A model generated the notes under the pieces. It was not told where the DNA came from, searched no databases, and saw nothing but the letters and a program-made list of their open reading frames with translations. A stretch of DNA of 63,134 nt, counting the filler, from Octopus bimaculoides (taxonomy: Eukaryota): NCBI RefSeq assembly GCF_001194135.2. It is 7 parts of 6 records of this genome, joined end to end, with 100 filler letters (N's around TTAATTAATTAA, not from the genome) between each part and the next. Parts side by side here need not be neighbours in the genome. Positions count along the whole stretch, not along the records: positions 25,268 to 51,252 come from NC_068985.1; positions 51,353 to 52,481 come from NW_026338102.1; 5 more parts are not named here. One strand, 5' to 3'. Of the stretch, positions 38,306 through 51,397 are shown in pieces. The translations under genes were made by a program, and so were the position numbers. Position 1 is the first letter of the stretch. Every line of letters begins with the position of its first letter.

Positions 38306-38357
<52 letters not shown>

Positions 38358-38358
38358 A

Positions 38359-38410
<52 letters not shown>
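38145..38410. repeat. Compound ATT/CAT/GTT/CTT/CTA microsatellite
   Basis: Direct inspection. Confidence 0.95.
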
Positions 38411-38411
<1 letters not shown>

Positions 38412-38619
38412 GTGAAATAGTGATGGGTGTGTTACCTCTCATGCAACTATTTCCACCATTTCATAATGGCTTTCTTCGTGTCTTTCTATATCTAGTGTCA
38501 ATTCACATTTCTCAATATCCTTCAATTCCTAATATCTAATACAGCGACCCGAAGAATGACAAACATCTCAAATATTTATTTCATTTCCTTATTTTGACTT
38601 AAACGTCCAAATATGTTCG

Positions 38620-39800
38620 AGCCATTCGCGTTACCCCTCTGTCGACGCAACACATCATGAATTCTTCAGGTGGATACTTCTGTTTATCAGATCCTTATGA
38701 AGAGAAGAAGTGTTAGTATCTCTGATCTCTGCCGACCTTCACAATCTCGTGAATTCGATATGATTGAAGTCTAAACATAATATTCACTGGTGGGTGTCTG
38801 AAGTAAAACATGGTGCATGATCCGATAAATCACCCGCATATTAGCGATGCAGTGGACTCCAATATTGGTCCTCACAGACGCCAACTTATTGGTGTAATAA
38901 GCATCGTCTTCAAGAAATGTTGCTAAAGTACATAATTCTAATTAGTTTCTAACAAACATAGCTTCTTGACTTGAATTCGAATGTCTCTCTAACCAATATT
39001 GATCATAGTTGATTACCATCAAGTGAAGACTGTAGGAGATATCGGCTACGGTGGAGGAGAATATAAACAAATTCGCTGCTAGTAAACTAATGCCATCTAA
39101 CAATCTACTTTCTTTACAAAACTAAGCTTAGTATGCTTATTAAGAGTGGTGACCGTCTAGTATTCTAATCATGACTGAGAACAGCTGAAGTTATCCATTT
39201 AATTTGACTTGCCCTCTTACTAGGAGATTCGGATACTTTCATTGTAATAAAATAAAATCCGAACACAAGGTTACGGGGAAAATAATAATATCGTTGAACG
39301 TGTATCTATAGAGCCATAAACGCGGAAAATTTCTATACTTTTCCATAATTCTTTCCATGGAGATAGATCGATTCTAATCATTGACTCGTCTATTGTTTTC
39401 ATGCCACTTACACCAGTTGCTTAGCGATGGTTCTTGTATGTCTTGACTGCTTAGAGAAAGACAGAGCTGTTCCACTTTTACGGCTCTATAGTTACACGCT
39501 TAATAACATTATTTTCAACCATACACTTGAGTTTGGCTTTTATTTTATTAATATCTAGATAAGACCAGCGGAGGAAGGAGTGTGACCACGACCTTTTAAA
39601 TAACTCTCAATGGTGATATAGATGCTGTTGATGATCGGTTTAAACATCTGTTGATAGACATCAGCAGAAGAAAATAAGACATCGCAGTGCGTTGCTGTTC
39701 TACTGTTTCTCATAATCAAATTTACAGTCCGAGATCTCAGATGTTGTATATTTATTCATTTTTACAGTATTCTCACGAAACGTATTTTGACATAAGACTT
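38620..39800 (-). mobile_element. Very old CR1/L2-like RT remnant
   Basis: Scattered motifs only: IESYLKGR (~39600), VRPILE (~38865, frameshifted), FTRL, LRRQR. Confidence 0.3.
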
Positions 39801-40179
39801 TCTGGATGGAAAATCTTTAGAAGGCGAACATGAAATAAGTGCTTTTTTTTGAGAAAGAGATATAGAAAGTCTTCCAAATAACCGCAAAATACTTATCTTG
39901 TCTTATCAGTTTTGTAATATACTTATTTGAAAAAAAGTATATATAAATATATAGCCTGCGTGGATGTAAGGAAGGTTGCATAAGAAGAGGATTAAAATTG
40001 TCACTTTAATATTATTATTATACTTTTATAGCAGGTATAAAGGACAACCTTTATGGTAACACGTGATGCTGAGTCATGCCGTTAATATTTCTGTTGCGTT
40101 ACACTTCCCTTCAAAGTTAGGCAGAAACGTTAGCAAACCATAATTCATATTGTGTACGGAAAACAATAATTATTCTTTC

Positions 40180-40590
40180 TGTTATAGGTACAAGGCCTGA
40201 CATTTCAGGGAAGAGGCCTGGTCAAGTGCATTGAACCCAGTGCTCAAATAGCATTTACTTTGTCCACCTTGAAAAGATCAACAGCTAATCCTACCATGGC
40301 TTTGAAGTAAAGATGGATAAAATGCAGCTTAGCATATTGTCCGGCATGATACTGATTCTGTTAGTCAACGCCTTATATAATTCTTTCTACTTGAAGCACA
40401 TTCCCTAAAATTTTATGGTAGGGAGATAATCGATTACACTGATCCACCCAGTTCCCCCAGTCCATCACTGATACTTATTTCATCGAACCCCAAATCAAGA
40501 AATGGACAATCAACGTAGGAGAAATTTGAACTCAGAGAAAACTGACGAAATGCCGTTAAACATTTTTCCAGGCATGCTATCGATTCTGTC
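40180..40590 (-). mobile_element. Two tandem degenerate family B SINEs
   Basis: GGTACAAGGCCTGACATTTC... (40186) and ...GATAATCGATTACAC...ACTGATACTTATTTCATCGAACCC...GAAATTTGAACTCAG (40425-40535). Confidence 0.6.
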
Positions 40591-40644
40591 AGCTTCACCG
40601 TCTTATTATTGTTATTATTATCATCATCATCATCATCATCATCA

Positions 40645-40701
<57 letters not shown>

Positions 40702-40746
40702 GTATGACTAATATTATTACTATTATTATTATTATTATTATTGTTG

Positions 40747-40815
<69 letters not shown>

Positions 40816-41789
40816 ATAATAATAATAAAAACAACAAGAACGACGACGACGACGACGATGATGATGATGATGATGATGATGTTGATGATGATGATTATCC
40901 GTTAGAAGAATCATGCTTTATGACAGTCGTAATTATTGTGTCGTAATAAATGTAATAAATTTCAAATTACATCACCAGTTTTTAATCTTTATTGATTTCT
41001 TCAGAAGAGTTTACAGAAATCATGTTTCAGATCAGAATTTATTTTGTTTCTTTGTAGCATGCTTTGCTATCTTACTTTCTTTCAATCTTTTTCTCTCTAC
41101 CTCTTTCTCTGTCTTCTTCTCACTCTCTCCCTCCCTCACTCATGCTCTCTCTCTTTTTCTCTCTCCCTCACTCGCATCCGTATTTGATGAACCTCCAGAT
41201 TTGAAAATGAAGAAATCTTTTCAATTAAGAAGAAACAAATTAATGAAAAAATATGATTACCATCAAGAATTAAAATTGTATATGGCACCGACGAGATAAA
41301 TTAAAATTGAAATACAGATATATATAATTTGACTTTTATTATTGTAACTATTGCTACAAAATAAATAAGAATTCATTAAACAATATTCTACAACTGGAAT
41401 ACAATTTTCATAAATATTATTGATACAAAGTAAACACTAAATTGATTCTCCGGTACTTAGCGAAACGGATTGGCCAATGTAAAAATAAAGGCTTCCTAGT
41501 TCGGATCTGTTGTCAATAGTCGTACCGTAGATCCATTCGTTTGGAACACTGACCACAGCTTGGTCGAACTGAAAAGCAATAGCCAGATAAACAACGCCAG
41601 GAACCGTGTGTATATCTCGTTAATAGTAGCGCACACTGACTGTTGCAGCAAATAAAACCAAGAATGGCTCAGACTGAAAACATCTTCCCATTGACATTTA
41701 ATTGTTTCAAATAGCAATAACAACGTCCCTCTTCCACTAACGCAGTCGCTCCTATCCTTTTGTATGTCCCAAACACTTAGATAATCATT

Positions 41790-41900
41790 TTTGTTATAGG
41801 CACAAGGCCTGTGGATTTGCAGGAGGAGACTAGTCGATTATATCGAACCCAGAAGTTCACTGGTACTTAATTTATCGACCCCCGAAAGGATGAAAGGCAA
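41790..41900 (-). mobile_element. Family B SINE 3' half
   Basis: GGCACAAGGCC...AGTCGATTATATCGAACCC...ACTGGTACTTAATTTATCGACCCCCGAAAGGATGAAAGGC. Confidence 0.75.
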
Positions 41901-41949
41901 TGCACCACTAATAAGTTGCTTGTATCCCATTTGAAGATGAACAAGTCTA

Positions 41950-42130
41950 TAGTAATCCCTCGCCATATCACGGTACATCTATCGCGGTTTTACGATTTAA
42001 GCTTACGTCGATTCCTCCGTTGTATTGTTTTGCATTTATGATAAAATAAGTGTATACAAATTTTAAACATTTAAAAAATATACCGTACAGTTCTGTTTCT
42101 ACAACACCCGCGATAGTCGAGGGATTACTG
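41950..42130. mobile_element. pogo/Tigger-type MITE
   Basis: TA-(T)AGTAATCCCTCGCCATATCACGG ... CCCGCGATAGTCGAGGGATTACTG-TA terminal inverted repeats with TA target duplication. Confidence 0.8.
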
Positions 42131-43311
42131 TATTTCCTAATAAGAAAGATTATTTCTTTAATTAAAATTTATAGAGTACTGTAAATGAAAGACAGAACTT
42201 GAAGATTGAACTTTTCAGTTAGAGCATCAAATGCTCTAATTTTGTAAATTAGTGATCAGTTTTGTAAAACAATTCTAGACGGCGATTGCAATCATAATTG
42301 TGAAGCTAAAATAAAGACACATTAAATGTACATTAAATGTGGTGCTCCAGCATTGCCGTAGTCAAATGACTGAAACAAATGAGGGTATGAAGGAATATGC
42401 AAGGTAAAAAGGAAGAAGTTTTCATAATGCATATACTTTATTTCTTTGAGAAACTACCGAAAGACCAATTCTCATTCGATAGGAAGAGGTACTATTATTT
42501 CGGAAACCCTGCAAGAGGACGAAATTCGTGACATTTATATGCGAAATACCTAAACTAGTCGAGGCGAATTCTATTTTTGAAATTGTCGATTTTAATTTAA
42601 ATACTTGTCTATTTTCACTCTCATATATCTAATGCATTTATATTTCTGAGATACTGAATGGTTCTTGCATATGATAAATAAAAAAATATTTTTCTTACCC
42701 CACAAACGCTATCAGTTTATCTTTCTGAAAATTGTGTTTGATATTGTTTAACCATACATCAGCCGAGACAGACGAATACATGTCACAATACACGTCCCAT
42801 ACGTGACATTTTGAATCACAGTTCAAGCAAAGAATATCTATGTAAACATCACTCGAAAATAACATTCTGTTTTAAGAAAATGAGAGCGGGATTTTCTGAA
42901 GTTTGCTTGATATTTTTTTTAGCATGGTGAATCACCGTGAACATTATGTTTCGATAGATTCAAAAAAGAAAGAACAAAAAAAAAAACACACACGCACACA
43001 CGGTTGCCAGATTTAAACGCAATGCACGAACCAAGTTAACAATTAAGTCCTTGTGATCCATTTTAGTATAGTGTCAGGTCGAGAAAACCTGCCACACGTA
43101 TATTTATATCTTAATGAACAGGATGATATCGGCCTCTCACTGTTAGTGTCACCATTTCTCTCTCCACTTCTCTTTCTCAGCTTGCGCGAACACACACACA
43201 AGCACACACACACATACACACACATACATATATATATGTACAAGCACAAAAGTGAATACTTATATACAATTATACATATGTGTATGTGTGTGTTTGCGTG
43301 TATGTATGTAC

Positions 43312-43394
<83 letters not shown>

Positions 43395-43403
43395 CACACA
43401 CAG

Positions 43404-43443
<40 letters not shown>

Positions 43444-45057
43444 TTCACGCCTTTTGTTCTTAGGTTGTTTCGCATCATTTAAATTGTCTTCTCAATTGTC
43501 TCATCTGTTAACACGTTCCATCACTATCAATAGATAGCTTGAAGCAAACCAGCGACAGCACTCTGACACGCTGGAAACTTTCTCGTCTAGTTTGATGTTT
43601 AAAAGTAAATGATGTAACTTTGCAAGTAATTTACTTCGTATTATTCCGTATTATTCCGTATTGCTTCGTATTCAACAATTATTTTCCATTGTTTTGTCAA
43701 TTTAATCTGTTATTGTTACCTTTCTTTCAGTACATCACGGAACGTTCTACTAATAATAGTCATTATTGTGATTAATATTACGTATAATCATTTCTTATCA
43801 TTTAAAACTTGAGTAGAGTCATGGAACGGGGGTGGGGGATAGTGGAAGAGAGTAAATTAGATTCAAGTGACACAATATATTACTGGTGGGAATGTTATGG
43901 AGTATTCAGAGAAAGACAATGACACTACCCCTGGGGTAACAAAAATACGTTGAACCCAAGATATATTAACGGACGATTTCGTGACGCTAGTACTATGAAA
44001 ATCAATACACGTATATTAAAAACAATGTATACATACATCAATGCATACATATATACATATATACATATATACATTAGCGTAGCTTGCATTGGAACAAATC
44101 CGACAAACTGGCAGACTCGATAAAGTATTGGATAAAACATCATTCAATATTCAATTCGACTCTGTGCCGTTTGGGGTCAAATTAAGTGAACTTTGCCATT
44201 CATCGTTTCGGAGATGACAAAATGTACCTCTAACAGTCCAAGATATTTATAATGGCAGGTGTTGCGACGACACTATTCTCATTCTCTATCGGTCCTTAGC
44301 GCATGGACATAGTGGTAGTCATCCTGAAAGACTTTTCTTCCTCTAGAACATTCAAATGCCGATGTATATCGTAATCTAAGCAGACGATAGTCTCTATGCA
44401 AATGTATGTTGGACTTATTCGTAGAACGTAGGCCACTGGGAGAAAAAAAAAACTTTAATATGTTCCAAACAAAGCTACCACACCCTTAATGATGTCATCG
44501 AATATGAAACAGTTAATAGAATGTAGAATGAATTGGTTGCTGTGCAGGACATATGTTAGACAATTTATAATAGAGCGATATTATGAGTGGTGTGACATTA
44601 AGTGGTGTATGGAAGGATCAGGATTACAACGAGCATTGAAAGGAATAAGATTGGCCAGATTATCGGAAGAAATTATGCTGGTTAATATATATCTTTTGGC
44701 GCTTCCACATATACATAACGTGTCTATGTGCGAATGAGAAGAATGAAGCTCATGCATACTTAGATCTCTACAGAGGGCTCAACTGGACATGCACTTTGCA
44801 TATTATCAATATTATTGAGTTACCGTACTTGTCTCACATCGAACAGAAATTGCTTCCAATCTCTCACTCGCTTGCTTACTCTTCCTATCACTATCTTGCT
44901 CTTTCTTTTCCAGCCATCACTTTGCTCTTGATGACAACAATTATGCAACTCAACGTTCTTTTCATAATTTCTTACTTTTATACATCAAATGAGAGGTGTT
45001 CACCCAACAGAATACAAACTTAAGGAACTTATATGGTATTTTCCTCTGTCTCCGTCA

Positions 45058-45111
<54 letters not shown>

Positions 45112-45599
45112 GTCTCTCACTCCTCTCTCCCTATCTTTCTCTCTCTCAATCTACGTATTTATTTATCTATCTACCTACCTAGATTTTACTAGAAAAGAAA
45201 TTGTTTTTTTCTCCGCGGTGAAGGTAGTGAATTTTTCTTACAAGTTAATATATGTCAACAACATTATAACAAACCTAAAGCCCGTTTATTCATCATCACC
45301 GCTTGACGATAAAGCTGCTATCTTAATCCGACCAGTCAGTCCACTAATGCAACTCAGTCACTAATATGTTTAGATAAAGACACGGCTTTGAATTTGTCCA
45401 GGGTTATCTCTCTTCAGTGTTTCTCATAGATGAAGACTAAAGAGCCAACGCAAGTCTAGGCATCTGCTATAGGGACACACTAGCCAGATATGGTGGTTTT
45501 ATGCCTTATGCAATACGACAGAAACATTCTCCACGGCAGCGTAAAGCACCCTTTGCATTTGTTCTCGAGGAGGTCATTTTGATATAAAAACACAAATGC

Positions 45600-45885
45600 A
45601 GGGAGAGGCATATAATATTTGAAGACCTTTTTCACACGCCTGAGATCACGGCGCTCCCACATTCCTGAGCTTTTCACGCATATTGTCAGTAGATATATTG
45701 CACTGGCTTGTCTCTGGATCACGATATTAGGGTGGAGAGGGTTAACGAGATCTTGTGCAAACATATAAGACCTAAGCTTTTAGGTGGTGCAATCGTCAAC
45801 CAGGTGAATTGATGATGGTCGGTCGAGTTCGATGGCTCCGCGACGAGGATGGAATCCGCGAGCGCGAATCCAGATGAAATCGACC
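45600..45885 (+). mobile_element. Possible degenerate RTE LINE 3' end
   Basis: LRSRR, LW...G.RG...., MMVGRVRWLRDEDGIRERES loosely resemble the RTE C-terminal pattern. Confidence 0.3.
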
Positions 45886-46067
45886 GCAGGTTCAATAGCC
45901 ACATGTACAGGCATTACTAGCTCTCTGCATTGACAATGGCCAAGGAAAATTGGTGAGAAGAATCACAATAAAGACAGCAATACATTTATCCAGACTCTCT
46001 TAAGATTCTAGTGGTTCCTCTTCAAACAACAATAACGTCATAATGATGAGGACGGTGACGACGACAA

Positions 46068-46134
<67 letters not shown>

Positions 46135-47616
46135 GATGACGTCGAGGACGAATAGGAGCACGACGGTGATGACGGACTCACCGACAATTTCGTGGACGTG
46201 TATTGGGGTTTTCACTCAACCGATTTACCTGTGCGGTGAACTATTGTCTGGGGTGACTGAGTACCCTATATACATGAGTAAACGTAATTTATTCTGAAAA
46301 GAGAGTCAGTGTTACGTCGCATGTGACAAAGCTGAACTTCTGAATCCCTGGGTCATTTCTATGGACCGCCTCCCAAGCATTGTCAACCTGTTCTTTTAAA
46401 TTATCGAAGGTTACAGTGTTATGAAACTATAGTAAAATGACACTTGATAAAGATACCAGGCAGTGGGATCGAACGAAGAACAGCGTGTTGTGCGAATCAC
46501 ACTTCTTAAAGATTCGTTCTTCCTGTATGAACAACAACAATAACAAGACTAAAGAATGTAACACATCGACTGAAGCGTTGAACGAAAAAGAGTACAAAGC
46601 CAATCTTTTAAAAGGCAGAATAAAAAGGAACGGAAAATATGAAACAGTGTATTTCAGAAAATTATGCAAGGCAGAAAGCAAGGAAAAACCTTTTGATGAT
46701 TAATACTGTGCCAGAGTAGGAAAAATAACAACAGAACATCATGAAACACAAAACTAGCTTCAAAACCTCCATGTTTAAAAGCTGAGATTGAAGTCCGTTA
46801 GATCGCAGTACAAATCAGTGTTTATTCTCTAAAAGCTATATGAAAATTGATAAAAGGCGATCTCATACAATCTCATATGATTATATATTATAACATGATC
46901 AGGTGGAAAATATTGCATCGCGTAAATATGCTCTACACTGCGTTAGTAAACAACGGCGCTAACGGATTCAACGCAGTGGACAGATATTTAAACCTATACT
47001 ATGCAAAATCTTTATACTGGCATCAGTAACAAGAGGAACGATCACAAAGCTGACACTATCTGGAATAGGTCTACGTGTGTTTGCTCTTCATGCTAGCAAT
47101 AACAGTAACATCTCCTACAAGTATGACTCTAAAAGTGACACCCTTTAAAAATAAATGATATTTCTGGGGGTAGTCTTAATGATGCTTAAGTAGAAGGGAT
47201 GATCACTGCATCACTGCCAGAATGTCCCACCCACATATATATGTATATGAAACAGTTTGTCTAAACAAAATATGATTTAAAGTTTTGAGGGTAAGGCGAA
47301 CATTTCCATCTTTTCACATTTGGGAGAAGTGTGGCTTAATATGTGATAAGAGGAGTGTTATGTATATAAAAGAAATTAAACTTCTTTAGTTAACTAGAGG
47401 CATAAACAAATTCAATCTCCATTCGAAAATGTCTGGAATGTAATAACATAAATATCCTACCATATTAATTTTATTAAATTTTTTTTCAATGGAAAGTTTC
47501 AAGTTATTTTACACGTACACACACACACAAACACACACACAAAAACACATATATATTCGCCATGATTGATCGCCACTAAACCTTTATATTTTCTCTTCCT
47601 GTTTCTTTCTGTGTTC

Positions 47617-47652
47617 CTTTCTGTCGAAGAACGTAAGCTCGAAACCTAAAAG
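47617..47652 (+). ncRNA. Degenerate hammerhead motif, related to the 3.5-kb element
   Basis: CTTT-CTGTCGA-A-GAAC-gtaa-GCTC-GAAAC-CTA-AAAG. The downstream flank (TTCTCACTTCCCGAGTGTTAAACTAATAC) aligns with the flank of the 3550-3585 motif (TTTCTCTCCTTTCCTGAGCGTCTGCTAATAC). Core and stems carry inactivating changes. Confidence 0.55.
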
Positions 47653-47894
47653 ACATTCTCACTTCCCGAGTGTTAAACTAATACTTCTGCTTGCTGCTTA
47701 CACACCCGTCTTTGTCTTTTGTTTGTTTTCTGGCATATTCCAACCATATATATATTAACTAGGGAGGACTCGCTTATTTTTTACTTCCAACCTTATTATT
47801 ACCAATATACAATTTAGTTAAATACCAAAGGTTTCATTTCTCCTGTAACTGAAGATATCAACATTTCATAATTGCTGTCAATTCTTTCCTTGCA

Positions 47895-47928
47895 AAATTA
47901 TTATCATCATCATCATCGTCGTCGTCGA

Positions 47929-47997
<69 letters not shown>

Positions 47998-47999
47998 CA

Positions 48000-48085
<86 letters not shown>
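47895..48085. repeat. (ATT)n array at the 3' end of the R4/Dong element
   Basis: Direct inspection. Confidence 0.95.
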
Positions 48086-49443
48086 GCATTTGCACAGCTT
48101 CTGGGACTGGAGATGTACTACGTGTCGGCTGTTCACTACCATTGAAAATAAAATAACACCTCTTATTTTTCGAGCACCTTCCGGAGTATTTGAGCAGTTT
48201 CAAGCAGTGCTGTTTTCTACAAGTGATCCACCCTTATTGCAGCCCCTATTTGTTCCACATACTTCTCGAGAGTTTTGCTCACTGTTCCTAGGGCTCCGAC
48301 AATTATTGGTACTACTACCACCTTTTTCATCGACCACAGCTGCTTAACTTCCCAAGCCTACCTGTCATATCTCTCGACTTTACTTTCTTCTTTATCGCAT
48401 ACTTTGTTGCCAGCTGGGCATGCTATGTCTATGATCCAGCATAGTTTGTTTTCTTTCTCAGTTAAGACTATGTCTGGCTTCCTAGGCTCTATCTCATGGT
48501 CGCATTGAATTATAAAATTCCACAGGATTTTTGCATTTCTATTTTCGACGATACCTTCAGGTTTGTGGTCGTACCAATTGTTTGCTCTGTGAAGTCCATT
48601 CTTGTTGCAAAGTGTCCAATGGACAGGCCTGACTATATTGTTGTGGCGGCTTTTACATTCTTTCTGTGTATATTCTATCTAGTGGCGTACATTGGCTGGT
48701 AGTATGTCATACGGCTTCTCCGTTTCGTCCACATATTCTGCACTTATCACTTTCTACTCTTGTCTATTCTGTATTTAATGTAGTTTGTTCTTAATGCTTG
48801 CCCCTTTGCAGCACAGATTAGAGCCATCGTCAGTTTGATTCGCTTTCAAGTTCCTGTATAGTGCTTTATATTTGCAATTCTTCATTCTAAACAAGCCTGA
48901 CCTTCCTACTTCTAATATTAGCAGTTCTGTGGCATTTTTTACATATCGTGCTATGTTGTTTTCTTCTGCTGTAATGCTGTGTTCGCATCCAAAAAGTCCT
49001 CTTCCCCCTCTTTTTCTTGGTACATACAGTCTGCCTGTGTCACGTTTTGGGTGGAGTGACACATACACAGTTAGCAACTTCCTTGTCTTTCTGTCTGAGC
49101 TGTCTAGTTCGTCTATTGTCCATGCGATTACCCCTGCTCTATAGTACTTATAGCCCGTCTCTTCTATCTGCTTCATAACCTCCCTCGACGGTATCGTTAG
49201 TCTGCCCTTACATTTGATTTTGCCTCTCTCCATTACCAACACACCACACTTTCTCAGTCCGAACTCCATTCCGATATCAGCACTGAAAGTATACCCCGTA
49301 TCAACGAAGGAGCTGACATGGGCTTCATCTTTACCATAAAGTTTGAGGTCATCCATGAATAACAAACGGTTGACTTTTTGTTGGCGGCTTTTGAATACAT
49401 ACCCAACTTTTGCTTTCCTCAGAATCAGTGTCAGTGGTATCAA
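48086..49443 (-). mobile_element. R4/Dong-type non-LTR retrotransposon fragment (RT, CCHC knuckle, restriction-like endonuclease, 3' UTR)
   Basis: ORF 48775-49443 has LLFMDDLKLY, IGMEFGLRKC and RLYVPRKRGGRGL. Downstream: CRICGRNGE..HT..C.PL...RH, ILW...PDIVL..KE..CWIIDIACP, IIVGALGTV. Internal deletions. 3' end abuts ~190 bp of (TAA)n. Confidence 0.9.
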
Positions 49444-49775
49444 GCACAGTATTTAAATTGTTTCCGTTCCTTGCTGAGCGTCTCTCCGACGCCTAGGGCA
49501 AAGAAGCTCACTGCATACATTGGTAGGCCATCAAAATAAATACACTAGATGTTTCACTTTCAAAGTCATAGGATACAAAAAGGGAGAAGACAGAAGAAAG
49601 GAGTGGGAAAGGTGAAAAAACAAAAAAAAGCAACGAAAGTAAGAAGAAACAGGAAAGAAAAAATTCCAGTGGAAATGCTCTCCTCCTCCTCCTGCTCCTC
49701 CTTCTCCTCCTTCTTCTTCTTCTTCTTCTTCTTCTTCTTCTTCTTCTTCTTCTTCTTCTTCTTCTTCTTCTTCTT

Positions 49776-49851
<76 letters not shown>

Positions 49852-50792
49852 TATAAATATATATATATATATATATATATGTAATACCTAGCTACCTACC
49901 AACGTATCTACCTACGCACCGAAATACATACCTACGTAAGTACGTACGTACGGACGTACGTACCTACGTACCTACGTACCTACCTAACTACCTACCTAAC
50001 TACCTACCTACCTAACTACCTACCTAACTACCTACCTACCTACCTACCTACCTACCTACCTACATACATACATACATACATACATACATGCATACATACA
50101 TACATGTATGCATGCATACATACATACATTAATACACATACACACATAAATGCAGAATTACATACATACGCATACAGAAAAGGAAGAAAAAAGAAATGCT
50201 GTATTACATGTTTATATCAGTGAATTATTTCCAAAGTATATTAAGACAGTGAAATAATTTTAAAACATAATAATATGCATTGAATTGAAAACTGATTACC
50301 GCAATCAAATTCTTTCAAAAGACTTTATTACATATTGCGATATATTTGTATCAAATCCAAAATACATTTCTACAATCAAATTATTTCAAGATTATGAATT
50401 CCAAAGTACATTCAAATAATCTTTAAATATCTTATTAACCTTTTCAATATCCCTGATTACAAAAGTACATCAAAGTTCATAATTTCAAAATGATTTCACT
50501 TCCTGGAGAGAATGGGCCTCACAATGCTCATTTTCAATGTTTTCCTACTTTCTTCCGTTTCATATCCGCTGCGTCAACTTGACGTTGCCTCATCGCAGAT
50601 TCTCTACGCTAGAGGGAATAATAGTGATTATGTTATTAGATTCAAATTGTGCACGGATGTAAATATTTGTGCTTTTAATTATTCAAAACTACAAGATGGT
50701 ATAATGAAGTTCTATATTTCAGAGATGAGGAATTATGTACGTTATGTACATTATTTACATTTGACGGATATTTGTCCTCATCTTGTTTGTTA

Positions 50793-50836
50793 AGACAACG
50801 TTTCGGCTGATATACCCTCTAGCCTTCATAGGGTGT
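50793..50836 (-). ncRNA. Degenerate hammerhead motif of a different family (Penelope pLTR-like)
   Basis: Minus strand ACAC-CCTATGA-A-GGCT-agagggtatatc-AGCC-GAAAC-GTT-GTCT. Core CUGAUGA is mutated to CCUAUGA; stem II and GAAACGUU are retained. Confidence 0.5.
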
Positions 50837-50872
50837 CTTGGGGAAATATCGAACCTGGGTTCTCATTCCCAA

Positions 50873-50936
50873 GGCATAGGGGTTAAGAGCGCTAGGCTAC
50901 TAACCCCAAGATTCTGAGTTCGATTCCAGGAAGTGA

Positions 50937-50967
<31 letters not shown>

Positions 50968-50990
50968 TATGATAATAATAATAATAATAA
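50873..50990 (+). mobile_element. Short tRNA-derived retroposon with (AAT)n tail
   Basis: A-box-like GGCATAGGGGTTAAG, CTACTAA loop, B-box GAGTTCGATTCC, no acceptor-stem pairing, followed by AAT repeats. Confidence 0.6.
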
Positions 50991-51083
50991 AATAACACCG
51001 GGGAAGTTTAACAAATAACACCGGGGAAGTTTAACAAATAACACCGGGGAAGTTTAACAGAATAACACCGGGGAAGTTTAACA
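50991..51083. repeat. Minisatellite, 4 identical 23-bp units AATAACACCGGGGAAGTTTAACA
   Basis: Units start at 50991, 51014, 51037 and 51061 (one extra G at 51060). Confidence 0.95.
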
Positions 51084-51352
51084 TGTGAGTACGATAAATC
51101 ACTGCTCCGAAACTTATCCAAAAACATCGGAAATAAAGACATCGCATGGAGCCCAAATATAGCTGACAAAGGGTTGGACTATACCCGAGTAAGTAATACT
51201 CATTGAAATTTATTCCTATTTTTCCAAATATAATGATGTATTTTAACTTGATNNNNNNNNNNNNNNNNNNNNNNNNNNNNNNNNNNNNNNNNNNNNTTAA
51301 TTAATTAANNNNNNNNNNNNNNNNNNNNNNNNNNNNNNNNNNNNNNNNNNNN

Positions 51353-51397
<45 letters not shown>

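Noticed and set aside
46437-46703. ORF with THAP-like W..TKNSVLCESHF motif
   Set aside because: 46438-46508 is a degenerate minus-strand family A SINE head (GACACTTG....G.T.CCA.GCAGTGGGA..GAAC...CTTCTTAA). No N-terminal C-x-C or AVPTIF-type THAP residues are present, so the match is coincidental.
50873-50940. Functional tRNA gene
   Set aside because: A/B boxes are present but acceptor and D stems do not pair, and it ends in an (AAT)n tail, so it is a retroposed derivative.
50991-51083. 23-bp identical repeats as a CRISPR array
   Set aside because: Units are head-to-tail with no spacers.
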